59,024 nucleotides of DNA from positions 1,001,061-1,060,084 of the forward strand of contig ML996695.1 in assembly GCA_010356995.1 (NCBI GenBank), given 5' to 3'. The translations under genes and the position numbers were made by a program. The stretch's first letter is position 1. The number at the start of each line of letters is the position of its first letter. The notes beneath the pieces were generated by a model that saw only the letters and a program-made list of their open reading frames with translations, was not told the origin of the DNA and ran no database searches. This DNA comes from Trichodelitschia bisporula (lineage: Eukaryota). Below, in pieces: positions 49,101 to 59,024 of the stretch.

Positions 49101-50627
49101 AGCCCCACCGCCTCGTCACGGAGCACGACCTCGCGCCCCGCGCGGGCCGCACGTCCGCGCCCCACAATCCCGGAACCTGACTCAGCAGCCGATATTTCAG
49201 CGCTGTTCCGCGGTGTGGCCGGCAAGGGGTACACACCGCACAAACCCACCGCCGCGCCTGTACCCGAGGCGGATGCCGACGCCGAGGAATCGTTCTCGAC
49301 GGAAGGCGACGATGCGCCAGACCCGTCTGTGCTGTCTATCCCCCCGCTTGCGCCTAATGCGACGAGCACGCCGCGCTACCCGCCACCTTCGCCGCAACGT
49401 TTATTTACGCGCCCGCTTGGGGGACAGGGGCTGGCGAAGAAGCCGGTCCGCGTGAGTCCGGTGTGGAATGAAATCGCGCGTCCGGTGCGGAAGTCGGGTG
49501 TGGATGCCATCACGAGACCGATGCAGAAGACGGGTGCGGATGCCGTTGCGAGTCCGGTGCGGAAAACGGGCGTGGATGCCGTTGCGAACCCAGTGCAGAA
49601 GACGGGTACGGATACCGTCGCGACTCCAGTGCGGAAGACGGGCGTGGATTCCGGCGCACGTCCTGCACAAAAGGCGGGCACGGATGCCGTCCCGAGTCCT
49701 GCGCGGAAGACGACCATGGATATCGCGAGCCCAGCGAAGCAAGTCAAATTCGTGCCGGACAGTACAGCTGGACGCAAGAGGAACCGGGATACCTACGAGG
49801 AAAACGAGAGCGCAGCTACAGACCGGAATCTCCCTCCGCCGGCACGCGAGTCAAAACGCGCTCGGCACCAACCCCCCAAGGGCTGGCTGGGCAGTCTCAT
49901 CGACAACGTCACAGGCCTGTTCGGACGCCAGCGCCGCCCCGCCCCGCCCCGCCCCGCCTACCCGATGACGTCTACCGCGCCCCGCACTTATGCCCCACCT
50001 TACCCCCTTCCGCCCCTAGCCCCGCTACCGCCCCTCCCGGCACGCCCGCACCCTGATCATCCTCTCTTGCGCACGCTGCCCCTACTTCCTGAGACCGAGC
50101 CCTGGTCCCGCATACACTACGCCGCGCTGGATAGTTTGTGGCATTGGGCGGCCCAGGCACCCGCGCGGTTCGCGGCTACCCGCCCGGAAAATGCCAAGTT
50201 AATGAGGCCGTGGAAGTGTTTCGTGGGCATGCGCTTGCGGATGGCCGGCTTAGAGGCGAAGCTGGGGGAAAGGGATGTGCTTGTTTGCGCGCTGTTCTGG
50301 GAGTTGCTGTACTTGCGCGACGCGAAGGATTTCAAGGAACGGTATGGGGAGGAACTGGATTTGGGGAAACTGGGGTGTCTGGTTCCGCGTGGGACGGTGA
50401 TGACCCGGGCGGATGTGGCGAGGCGGTTGTTTAGCCTCATGTGGGGCGCTGAGACACGTGCGGTTGGCAGGGATGTGCCTGATGCGGAGATGGGGGATTT
50501 GAGGTGGCGGTTCGAGGGCTGGAGGGAGGGGAAGTGGGTCTGGATGGCGGATGTGGTGGAGTTCGGTGTTGATGGGGGGGAAGGAGGGGAGAAGTGGGCA
50601 AGGAGGGGAGGGGTTGGGATGGGTTAG
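46176..50627 (+). CDS. Large disordered AT-hook-containing hypothetical protein
   Basis: Single ~1,480-codon ORF; SPWRIKVTVEAEP, AT-hook KRRGRPRK, acidic tract, 12-aa repeats, W-rich ordered C-terminus. Confidence 0.8.
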   Translation: MTTLLNLTSFESPPSSPDPLTVSNPFTQYPGSGRSRSKTPLVYRSPNLRRRKLTFDASSAIASSPSKSMVLDTGGGPGASPWRIKVTVEAEPQDDMKEEPPSPSRRAARGMARTMTIPIKDAGSSPAKKRPRRSGTPAVRKRAPTPGKKLLQLSQGDMEDTLSSQPESSPAKRRGRPRKNPVPPPPSSPPVEQSIEDVDAAPEQPTSSIINPRFDFSSLTPLHAKQPPATHRSQREARRALPPRLPNHRIVSGGENVLNFSPLPNRDTPHKDAVAYSSQRRGTARHVDNMPETSSVGRKRRRPLSAQEPDAATTSLLGRSSTKRPGNAHSDVDLWQNMISRHSSVTSTGASDDSDFGDVELTGRSIGDNTLMQSEEFTMVSIDSLESVREIHSSFVAAANATSAAEPSTTTSTDALRHSTTTAAPREPSKLSHSWFPGTPADKAQAPSRASSKPQSGERRSSPHLLRRSQPTSASSQPRADSKALGSPLNLVTGFTRAATASSVLQDALTDPIGAVRSSSVARGQDGPQAGSMDLFRASVSQRIVSSDPRYPTPNSAEKDVQSTPPAPRMLAPYPQLQAPRESESSRTSQDEVVDDAASVGSVGHSKRRESFRATAHPMSSPRQIIQEKIIQEKEAQWQAAREEVSRQIRAARKSDVMVIESDDDYEEEDEEESQDDAQEDEDGSHEEQELEEEVDELEEEQQEYEESVHDVGLEDENRRLEYDDQVDQEAFRQSIQERTRRLSFDSNHGDSLDAHQDMDQDESQSEHEDMDQDESGDEGEDHHEHEQDVSHRERSPAPEMQEAPKQSNPSPFPPLQAAPSWLKRLPPRDQPDASSTANSTIMPPPKPLPEHSTQPTRSPPKAPPDLSLGGSNIFALNAARNRTPEPSANPSPKLTSNPTSNPAPDNVIYPSIFGPASAVAAAATEDIWEEEASRETNRPRRAPRAPTAPSPPRPPSPNTSTLSSNMPPRPRLRASPTASSRSTTSRPARAARPRPTIPEPDSAADISALFRGVAGKGYTPHKPTAAPVPEADADAEESFSTEGDDAPDPSVLSIPPLAPNATSTPRYPPPSPQRLFTRPLGGQGLAKKPVRVSPVWNEIARPVRKSGVDAITRPMQKTGADAVASPVRKTGVDAVANPVQKTGTDTVATPVRKTGVDSGARPAQKAGTDAVPSPARKTTMDIASPAKQVKFVPDSTAGRKRNRDTYEENESAATDRNLPPPARESKRARHQPPKGWLGSLIDNVTGLFGRQRRPAPPRPAYPMTSTAPRTYAPPYPLPPLAPLPPLPARPHPDHPLLRTLPLLPETEPWSRIHYAALDSLWHWAAQAPARFAATRPENAKLMRPWKCFVGMRLRMAGLEAKLGERDVLVCALFWELLYLRDAKDFKERYGEELDLGKLGCLVPRGTVMTRADVARRLFSLMWGAETRAVGRDVPDAEMGDLRWRFEGWREGKWVWMADVVEFGVDGGEGGEKWARRGGVGMG
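49479..49740 (+). repeat. Coding 36-bp (12-aa) tandem repeat, ~7 copies
   Basis: RPVRKSGVDAIT / RPMQKTGADAVA / SPVRKTGVDAVA / NPVQKTGTDTVA / TPVRKTGVDSGA / RPAQKAGTDAVP / SPARKTTMDIA. Confidence 0.9.
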
Positions 50628-51058
50628 CGGTTTATGATTATGCTTGTTTGTTGGGTGTCACGTGCGTCAGCCTTGTCTGGTCCCGGAGGGCTCAAGGGGA
50701 TTTGATTTGGCCTGAGGTCAATTGATGCCATTTTTATGCCTCATGCCGTCTTTATGATTGATGGGTCATCTGATGTTATGCTGCATTCCGAGTCTTGTGC
50801 AGTTAAGGCCAATTGTCCTCTTGCACAGCATGGTCATATTTTTAATTTGCACTACATCCAGCACATACAGCCATAGGTCGGAGACTGCACCTACGTCCGC
50901 GTTCCCAATTTGGTAAAACTCTGAATTTAGACTAGCGTCATACATCCTTTGTTAGATGGTCCTTAGGAGGGCTGGGAGGTAAACTGGTTAATACTCTGAC
51001 TTAAATATCCCCGAAGACCCGTGCGGATTCAGAAGTCAACCTTCTGCCCTCGATCTAA

Positions 51059-51953
51059 ATGTCGACGCAAAACTTCGCTCACCTTCTCTCTAGGCTGAAA
51101 AGCCGCCGAGTGGAGGCAAGATACTCGAAATCGGCAAAACACAACCTGAGCCGAATCCACCGTCAATGGAAAGAGTTCTGTGAAGCTGCAAGAGCCTCCG
51201 ATATTCCTAATGGAGATGCACTTTTCAGTGACCCTGAAAAGTGTATGGCGGAGGCTGACCCTGAGCTGGTTATATTGTTCCTGAAATGGACTCTGGACAC
51301 GCAAACGAGAATCCGAAAAGGGATAACTATTACCGTCTACTATGACCGGGTGGCACGTCACTCAAAGACAAATGCCGCATCACCGAATGTGGAGCCTTGA
51401 GGACAGGAAGCGGGTTCTTTCAGTAAGAAACTCATCTTGATAAGCTCAAAACTAATTTTGTATAATTCATCTGTTTGGATCCGGCCTCTGAGCATGGACT
51501 CAGTAGAGAACGGCAGCCGAAGCCTGTCCTAAGCTTTACCGATATGGCCATCCTTCTCAACCACCTTTGGAAATGGGACAGGCTGCAGTATACCAACGAG
51601 AGATTACGAGTCCAAGTGGCCTTGGTTATACTGATTTCGATGGCTACGGCAACAAGGCCAGCGGCATTGCTAGAGCCGGTGTACGCCAAACAAGGTTATG
51701 GGGAACCACCCAAAGTTCTTCGTTATGAGCATGTCAGGCTCCTTAGTCCGCGATTCCGAACGGATGAGACAGAAGCTGGTTCTGGAAATCAACCTTGTCT
51801 TTCACAAAGGATACGAGCGAAATCCCAGACCGTAAGTAACTTCAGTTTGGCATTTGCATGCTAATAATCTTCTACAAGAACCACCCGCATTCTTATCGAG
51901 ACAGAGGAGCTCATCTTTGATCCTATAGTACTCCTGCTGGTTCTCGCATTCTG
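51059..51953 (+). pseudogene. Degenerate DUF3435 tyrosine-recombinase (Starship-captain-like) gene, frameshifted and 3'-truncated
   Basis: KPVL..D...LL.HLW..D...ERLRVQVALVILISMATATRPAALL, LRYEHV; after a frameshift (~51741) LVRD..KLVLEINLVFHKG..RP|intron|TTRILIE..LIFDPIVLLLVLAF, then homology stops. Confidence 0.7.
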
Positions 51954-52649
51954 TTAAAATGAAGTGTGAACTTGACTGAGTTGCTTGATCGACTAGCAGT
52001 GGGAAGTGAGCTGACTATATACCTCGCCAGGAGACGACCCCTGTCTCCTGGCTCCGCTCCAGCCACCCAGGTTGCCGCCACAAATTCAACATATCTCCTC
52101 CATCAGCACAGCCTGTATGCTCCGTCTATCCCTCACTGCGCTGCCAAACTCCCACCCAGAACCATGACCGCCACTCCGGCATCCTCCTGAGCTTGTTTAT
52201 GCTCGAGCCTTTGATCAGTCTCGATATCCCGTACAGCACCTACGACGCGGGCATAGACGACGCAAGCAGCGTGGGCGGTGCAACATGGATGAACAACCGG
52301 GTATTTCCTCCAGCGAAGTTTTCGCCTATGAGCTGATCAGTTGGTAGGAGAACTTGATGCCCCGTGGCATGTGGCTGTGTCTCCTCCAATCTCGTCCTCC
52401 TCTCCGCGCCCGACAGCTCACAGCCTCATTCTTGGCATTATGCCCCGCAGTTGAGCTCAGCTCGAAGCCCCAAAGCCTCGCCTTTAACCTCGAGTTCCAC
52501 TCCTGCATTTTTCACAAGTCCGCAATTTCTTGACTAGCATCATTATTTCCAAGATGCCACCTGCAAAGCGAATCCGGGCACGGGGCCACTTCTGTGCCTC
52601 TTCCGGCCTTTCACGACCCTCCTCACCTNNNNNNNNNNTCAAAGAGATA

Positions 52650-52726
52650 GGGATCCCGAGTCTACTTGTACTCGAGCTCTGTGGCTGAACCTGGGTAAGG
52701 CTGAACACAGCCACCGCTTTCCAACA
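52650..52726 (+). repeat. 77-bp direct repeat, copy 1
   Basis: 72/77 identical to 54042-54118. Confidence 0.92.
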
Positions 52727-53343
52727 GATGGAAGGTGGGCGGTAGACGAAATGATGGATGACGGAAATGTCACCGCCACTGTGATCCCGCATGACATTGC
52801 GCCGGGAACGTATATTCTTCGACACGAGCTCATTGCGCTGCACTACGCGACCGAGGACAGCTTATGGCACATGAAAGAGGATAAGATTCTTGGGCCACAG
52901 GTGCGTATCTCATCTTCGTGCCTCCGCCGCTAACGATCCAGCACTACATCCAATGCTTCAACCTGCGCATCTCCGGCGGCGGCTCTGCCTCGCCTCCCGG
53001 TGTCACATTCCCTGGCGCTTACATGCCCTTCAAGCAAGAACCAGGCCTCTATTTTGACATTTGGCGCAACGTGTCGCCCTACCCGGTCCCGGGGCCGGCT
53101 GTGTATGTTCCGCAAGGCGCAGTACCTGTACTTTTACCGCTGCGAGCGGAAGGGCTGCAGAGTCCGACGGGCGATACGGCGTTGGATTTGAAGTATCTTG
53201 GGGCGATGACCGAAGATATTCTCGCGCACGACGCGTTCACTCTCCGGGTCAATAAGCAACATTTGGGATGGGGACCGAACCCAAATATGACCGGCCCGCC
53301 CCCAGGATCGGTGCCGCCCGGGGCTATCGTAAAGGGTATATAA
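52727..53343 (+). pseudogene. C-terminal fragment of an AA9 (GH61) lytic polysaccharide monooxygenase
   Basis: GRWAVDEM..IPHDIAPGTYILRHELIALH...PQ|HYIQCFNLRISGGG..GVTFPGAY..PGLYFDIW..YPVPGPAVY; intron 52901-52941; signal peptide and N-terminal His absent. Confidence 0.82.
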
Positions 53344-54041
53344 GTCCACGCATAGGTAGTTTTCAGAAGAGAATGGTAATGGTGGTGGCATACGACAACC
53401 TCGCCACATCATGGCCCGGCCAACAGTGGCGTCGGCTTCTGTTTGCCGACTATGAGTCACAATTTGTAATAAATGGCAAAAGGGAACAGGTTGGAAGATT
53501 CCAGAGGACAATCACTTGGATATATAAACATAGTCTCTCTCGTTGCTAGAAAAACAATCAAAGTTAATCCTTTCTCACACAAGTCTTGGATACCTTCCGA
53601 CAACAAGTGGAGCACTCAACAGTCACGAGTCTCGGACAGTTGATGGCTGCAACCCTCGAATCAATGGCTCCAGGTCTCACGCAGCGGTTGGCTGCTGGTG
53701 GTGCGCCCGACCTCCCGGGCTTCGAGAAAATCGGTGACCCCATTGGGATTTTGCTCAACTTTTATCGGTGCACGGCCTTGGCCGTCGGTGCCTGAGTTGG
53801 GCATAGAGTTGAGATTTTGAGTTTGCGATTTTTGTGCGCAGTGGAAACAGCGGTTAAGCTGCTATGCGTGTTATCTTAACGGTCTTTGTTCGTTTTGTAG
53901 GAATACTTAGCTGGTTGTGTAGATTAAGAATTCCGGGCTCATAACCTGTTAAAATGGGATGTGTGATCAATGGAAACATCACAGCATCATAAGTTGGACC
54001 GAAGGTCTGTCCATGAACAAGTTACTCTATTGTCAGAGGTG

Positions 54042-54118
54042 GGGATCCCGAGTCTACTTATACTCGAGCCCTGTGGCTTAAACTGGGTAAGCCTGAACAC
54101 AGCCACCGCTTTCCAACA
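54042..54118 (+). repeat. 77-bp direct repeat, copy 2
   Basis: 72/77 identical to 52650-52726. Confidence 0.92.
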
Positions 54119-54454
54119 ATCGAACCCTCGCTCTTCATCATCGCAACCTTACACTGTCCTAGGTACCCCGGGCAGTCCACACGTTCGTCTGTCTCAACCA
54201 TCATCTCCCAGCACTTTCTATGTCCCATTTTCCACGTGAAGAGGCACAGTTCTTCCGTGCATTGATCCCTCACGTCACAACCCAATAGATCTCATTTCTT
54301 TCCTGCATGATGCTGAAGTGGTTAGGCAGCGCCAATCTTGGCACGGCCATAGAAAGCCATCCCAGAGATGACCAGCTCACAGCCTTAGCCCCGCTTTCCA
54401 TCATCGCCTCTTGTCCCATGCTTGTGACTGTTCAACTTCCTAAGTAGTGTCAAG

Positions 54455-57400
54455 ATGTCTACGCAACGTACTCGGAAACGAGACCGCTTTCTTGCTCCTT
54501 TTCGTAGCATTTCCCGACCCTCATCGCCTGGTCCTGTTCAAGCGTCTGCCGCTACCCCTCCATCCACGTCCGCCTCGAGTCTTACCCCGCAGCCGGCTCA
54601 TACGACGAATGCAGCTTCGATATCTCCCGTCCCCGATGCATCTTTTGCCTCCTCAGGCACGAGCCCAGATCTCAAAGACCGGCCGGCGTCACCAGCTGGG
54701 CAAGGGGCGCATGTTTCGCAGCCCCTCTCTTCCACGCGCCCCAATAGTCATGGCACCGTTGCCACTGCATCCACGTCCACCTCGAGTCCTGTTCCACCGC
54801 AGGTAAATACGGTTCTTACCCCATCAACACCGGTTACTTCTCCGTCAACGCCTTTTGCTTCCCCGCCAGCAACTCTTGCTCCCCCGTCAACACCAGTTGT
54901 TTCCTCATCAGCACCTCTTGCTTCCTCAAACGCGACTCCGGCCCCAGAGGCCCACTCAACATCACCGGCTGACGCTAAGGATCCGGACAAAATCTACTTG
55001 AAAGGGGTTTTGAACCTTCTCAACGATAAGGAGCGGAAAATTATCGAGAAGCTCACCAAGTCAACTGCAGATACATTTCAAGACGTGATCAGGGCTGCCG
55101 AAAAAAACCGGGACTTGTACCAAGGCCAAAGTCAAAATGCGAAGCTACGGGAAGTGACAGATGGTGTCATACGGTGGCTGGATAAGTTCAAGGGAGTGGG
55201 TGACATCCTTTCAAACGCGGACCCGCTTCATTTCGGCTTCGCATGGGCTGGATTTCGCCTTGTACTTGAGGTATGTGGAAACCTTTGTTCGCCTCGCTGT
55301 CACAGAAGAGCGTTTTAACTGATTAACCGATTTCCAGGTTGCCCTGTCGGAGAGAAATCGAATGGCTTCCCTTTCCAGCGGCCTCACCACCGTACTTGAG
55401 ATGATGGCCAGGCTGGCGCTGTACAGGACATACCTTCGAGCCCTACGAGAATCTGAAGCGCGAGCCGTTCTCGCAAAATCAATGTCAAAGTTCCATGCGC
55501 ATATTTTGCGCTTCCTCGCCGAATCATTTCAATTCTTGGACAAGTCGAAAATAGCTCGCGCCATTGATGCCATTTGGAACCCCAGTGGCGGGTCTGATTT
55601 TGAAGCGAAGTGCGTCGAATTCAGATTAGAAGTCCAGGGAGACCTCTACAACTGTGGCCATCAAATAATCGGAGATCTTGACGAAAAATTGAAGGAATTG
55701 GAAGACTTGCCCACGGCAGTCAGCATGATACCTGAAAGAATGGCACTGAAGGGTCTGCCTTGGGTCAAAGGTGCAGCTTTCGACTCATCCCTAGACGAGG
55801 ATCGATCGGAATGTCTTCAAGGTACCCGGACCGAGCTGCTACGACAGATTCAAGACTGGGCCAAGGATCCTGACGGCAAGTTTATATTCTGGCTGAATGG
55901 CGTTGCCGGTACTGGAAAGTCCACCATTTCTCGCACGGCTGCTCGAATCTTTGAGAGAAAGGGACAGCTCGGGGCAAGTTTTTTCTTCAAGCGAGGCGAA
56001 GGCGACCGCGGCAAAGTGACCAATTTTTTCACCACTATCGCCTCTCAGCTTGCGATCAAGCGGCCCCAAGTGTCACCATTCATTGCGCGGACCATTGACA
56101 ATGACCCCACTATCGTCGACAAGTCTCCATACGAACAGTTTCAAAAACTCATTATTCAGCCGTTGAATAATGCTTCGTTACACTTCTCGCCCCTCATCAT
56201 TGTGATTGACGCGTTGGACGAATGCGAGCAGGATGTGAGGAGCCTCATAGGGATCCTAGAACACGGGAAGAATGTGTCTTCAGTCCAACTCCGGGTATTC
56301 GTAACCAGCCGGCCAGAGCTCCCGATTCGTCTTGGGTTCATCGAAATGTCAAAAGAAACACATCATGATGCCGTCCTCCACGAAATACAACAAGGCACAG
56401 TCAGCCGCGATCTTACCTTGTACCTGCATCACGAGCTTGCCGAGATACGAAGGAAACGCAATCTCCTTGGTCGTACCCAGTTGCCATCGGACTGGCCAGG
56501 AGATGAAACGATCCAAAGACTGGTTGAGATGGCGCTCCCATTGTTCATCTTCGCTGCTACGGTGTGTCGGTTCATCGACGATCCACATTCGAACCCCAAG
56601 AAGGTTCTTGACGATATCCTGAAGCACCCACGTCAGGACACGATCCTTGAAAGGACATATCTCCCGATTTTGGAGCGGCAGATTGCCGGTCAAACCAGGA
56701 AGAGGATCAAAGATAGGCTTGTGGCAGAGTTTCGTGAGATTGTTGGCACCATCATCACTCTCGCTACTCCACTCTCCATTATGTCAATTGCTGAACTCCT
56801 TGGAGTTCCAGAAGACGACATCGAGACCAGATTGGACTCGCTACACTCCGTCCTCAGTATCCCGGAGGACAAAAAGAAGCCGGTTAGACTCCTGCATCTT
56901 TCTTTTCACGACTTCCTTGTGGACGTCGAAAAAGTTGCGGGTGAATTTTGGGTGGATGAGCACGAAATGCATGGAAAGGTTACCACCAAATGTCTCGAGC
57001 TAATGTCCCAACCTGATCGCCTTAAGCAGGATATGTGCATGGTCCAGGCCCCTGGAACGCTTCGCGAGGACATTGACAACCAGACGATAGGAATTGCTCT
57101 GCCAGCCGAAGTCCAGTATGCCTGCCAGTACTGGGTGCACCATCTCAAGAACAGCAAAGAACCTTTGCCCTACCAAGGCGCAGTGCAAGTCTTCCTGGAG
57201 AAGCATTTTTTGCATTGGCTCGAAGCCATGAGCCTCATTGAGAGAACGGCAGAGTCCGTTGATGCAGTTCGCACACTGCGGTCGCTTTTCTCGGTATGAG
57301 AGCCGCAAAATTTTGCTCGCAAGTTCGCTAACACAATAGGCCGAGAGCGGCAAAAATAGCGACCTCCAGAGTTTTCTTTTGGATGCAGAAAAATTTCTCC

Positions 57401-58414
57401 AAAAGAACTGGAGGATCATCGAGCATGCGCCGCTCCAAACTTACATTTCCGCCCTTACCTTTGCTCCGGAAAGGAGTGTCATTCGAAGGCAATTCCACAC
57501 GCAGAAGCCCCGCTGGGTACGCCTGCAACCTAAAGTGCAAGACTGGGATGCGTTTTTGCAGACGCTCAAGGACCATTCGGATTATGTCTGCGCCTTGGCC
57601 TTCTCGCCTGACGGCAAGCAGCTGGCGTCGGCATCGGACGACTNNNNNNNNNNNNNNNNNNNNNNNNNNNNNNNNNNNNNNNNNNNNNNNNNNNNNNNNN
57701 NNNNNNNNNNNNNNNNNNNNNNNNNNNNNNNNNNNNNNNNNNNNNNNNNNNNNNNNNNNNNNNNNNNNNNNNNNNNNNNNNNNNNNNNNNNNNNNNNNNN
57801 NNNNNNNNNNNNNNNNNNNNNNNNCCGTGGCCTTCTCGCCGGACGGCAAGCAGCTGGCGTCGGCATCGGACGACTCGACTGTCAGGCTGTGGGACGCCGG
57901 CTCGGGAAAGACGCTGCAGACGCTCGAGGGCCATTCGGATTATGTCAGGGCTGTGGCCTTCTCACCGGACGGCAAGCAGCTGGCGTCGGCATCGGACGAC
58001 TCGACTGTCAGGCTGTGGGACGCCGCCTCGGGAAAGGCGCTGCAGACGCTCGAGGGCCATTCGGATGCGGTCAACGCCGTGGCCTTCTGGCCGGACGGCA
58101 AGCAGCTGGCGTCGGCATCGTACGACTTGACGGTTAGGCTGTGGGACGCCGGCTCGGGAAAGGCGCTGCAGACGCTCAAGGGCCAGTCAGATATCAACGC
58201 CGTGGCCTTCTGGCTGGACGGCAAGCAGTCGCCAGGTTCCGGATCGGATCCTCCACGTTTCAGAATTGTCGAGGAATGGATAACCATAGGCGCGGAAAAA
58301 CATCTTTGGCTTCCAGACGACTATCGCAGTCCGTATGTCGTCGCCATTCACGGGGATAAGATTGGCTTGGGGTATTCGTCTGGTCGAGTGCTGTGTATGA
58401 AATTCATTTGCTGA
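54455..58414 (+). CDS. Fungal NLR: NACHT_N/Goodbye-like N-domain + NACHT NTPase + WD40 repeats (NWD/HET-E-like)
   Basis: WLDKFK.VGD...ADPLH..FAWAG; CLQGTRTELL, IFWLNGVAGTGKSTI (Walker A), IVIDALDEC (Walker B), VTSRPE, LHLSFHDFL, YACQYW, APLQTY.SAL.FAP; introns 55271-55337 and ~57294-57340; assembly gap 57644-57824. Confidence 0.93.
57550..58228 (+). repeat. Near-identical 126-bp WD40 repeats, partly hidden by an N gap
   Basis: VAF(S/W)PDGKQ anchors at 57827, 57953, 58079 and 58202 (last unit one codon shorter), plus one at 57595 before the gap. Confidence 0.93.
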
Positions 58415-59024
58415 AGTGTCTCTTAACCTCCTCCCCACCCACACTCCGTTGCGGCCATTGTCTTTTTATACCTTTTTTTTTAGAGCGAAAGTGGCAATGA
58501 ATTACGTATTGAAATGGGACAGCTTTGAAATCGAATCCTCCAATTACAAATAGTAGCAATGGCGGATGAAAATATCACCATCAGTGATGTAATAGCTTCA
58601 ATACATTGTGGATCTGGAAGGATCTGGAAATTAACCATTCCTTCACAACGCAGAGAAGATATAATGGAATGTGGTGGCGCTGTTCAAAGTTTGCCACTCC
58701 CAGCTTCTTTTGTCGTGCAGAGCGTTGACGAAGGCGGGGCCAGGCCCTAGCTCAACTTGGTCCAAGCCGGAAAAGGGAGACGGTCACGTACTGTCGTGGG
58801 AGACCAATGCCGGGCCTTAACCTCATTGGCTCCCCGCGATCTTCCCCCGCGGCTGCTGCCACGTCACGCCAGCCTTCCCGCACCCCGCCATGCCTTAGGC
58901 AGACGGCAGCGCGATCTGCTCAAAAGTCTGGCGGCTCGCCCTTCAGATAGATCTTTGTGGAAGTAACTTGTTCATGCCTGCATCATACCCATCGTGACTT
59001 CCACACTTTTGCACGCCCCTGACA

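Noticed and set aside
51956..52628. Continuation of the DUF3435 gene or another transposon ORF
   Set aside because: No recognisable recombinase or transposase motifs in the frames read.
54455..54990. Amyloid signalling motif (HET-s/PP/sigma type) at the NLR N-terminus
   Set aside because: The region is S/T/P/A-rich low complexity with no N/Q/G pseudo-repeat, and no adjacent effector gene is seen.
1..59024. tRNA, rRNA, TPP riboswitch, telomeric arrays
   Set aside because: None recognised by eye, and only isolated CCCTAA hexamers were seen; tRNAscan-SE/Infernal would be needed to exclude them formally.

Overview
This window is eukaryotic DNA from a filamentous ascomycete (Pezizomycotina), judged by short GT-AG introns with CTAAC/CTGAC branch sites and fungal gene families; the species cannot be determined from the sequence. 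Most of it is ordinary GC-rich housekeeping DNA: an FAD monooxygenase, a LaeA/TAM-like methyltransferase, EMC6, NDUFAF7/MidA, a secreted GDPD, a cytosine-deaminase-like amidohydrolase, the SWI/SNF-RSC SWIB subunit, the PDK1/Pkh kinase, aldose 1-epimerase, Yen1/GEN1 and a large AT-hook protein. Two accessory blocks stand out. (1) At 13.5-24 kb, a head-to-head pair sits only about 380 bp apart. One gene has a HeLo-like hydrophobic N-terminus and a kinase-like (DUF7580-type) C-terminus. The other is a >2,100-aa mosaic whose tail appears stitched together from pieces of unrelated nuclear proteins: DEK-C, C2H2, a ubiquitin-like domain, Zn2Cys6-like clusters, and a Set3/4-type PHD finger recently triplicated as a 324-bp unit. 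This is a candidate 'integrated-decoy sensor + executor' non-self recognition system and the main hypothesis of this report. (2) At 51-58.4 kb there is a frameshifted DUF3435 (Starship-captain-like tyrosine recombinase) relic, a 5'-truncated AA9 LPMO bracketed by 77-bp direct repeats, and a NACHT-WD40 NLR with near-identical 126-bp repeats. All family assignments come from motif recognition by eye, not database searches.
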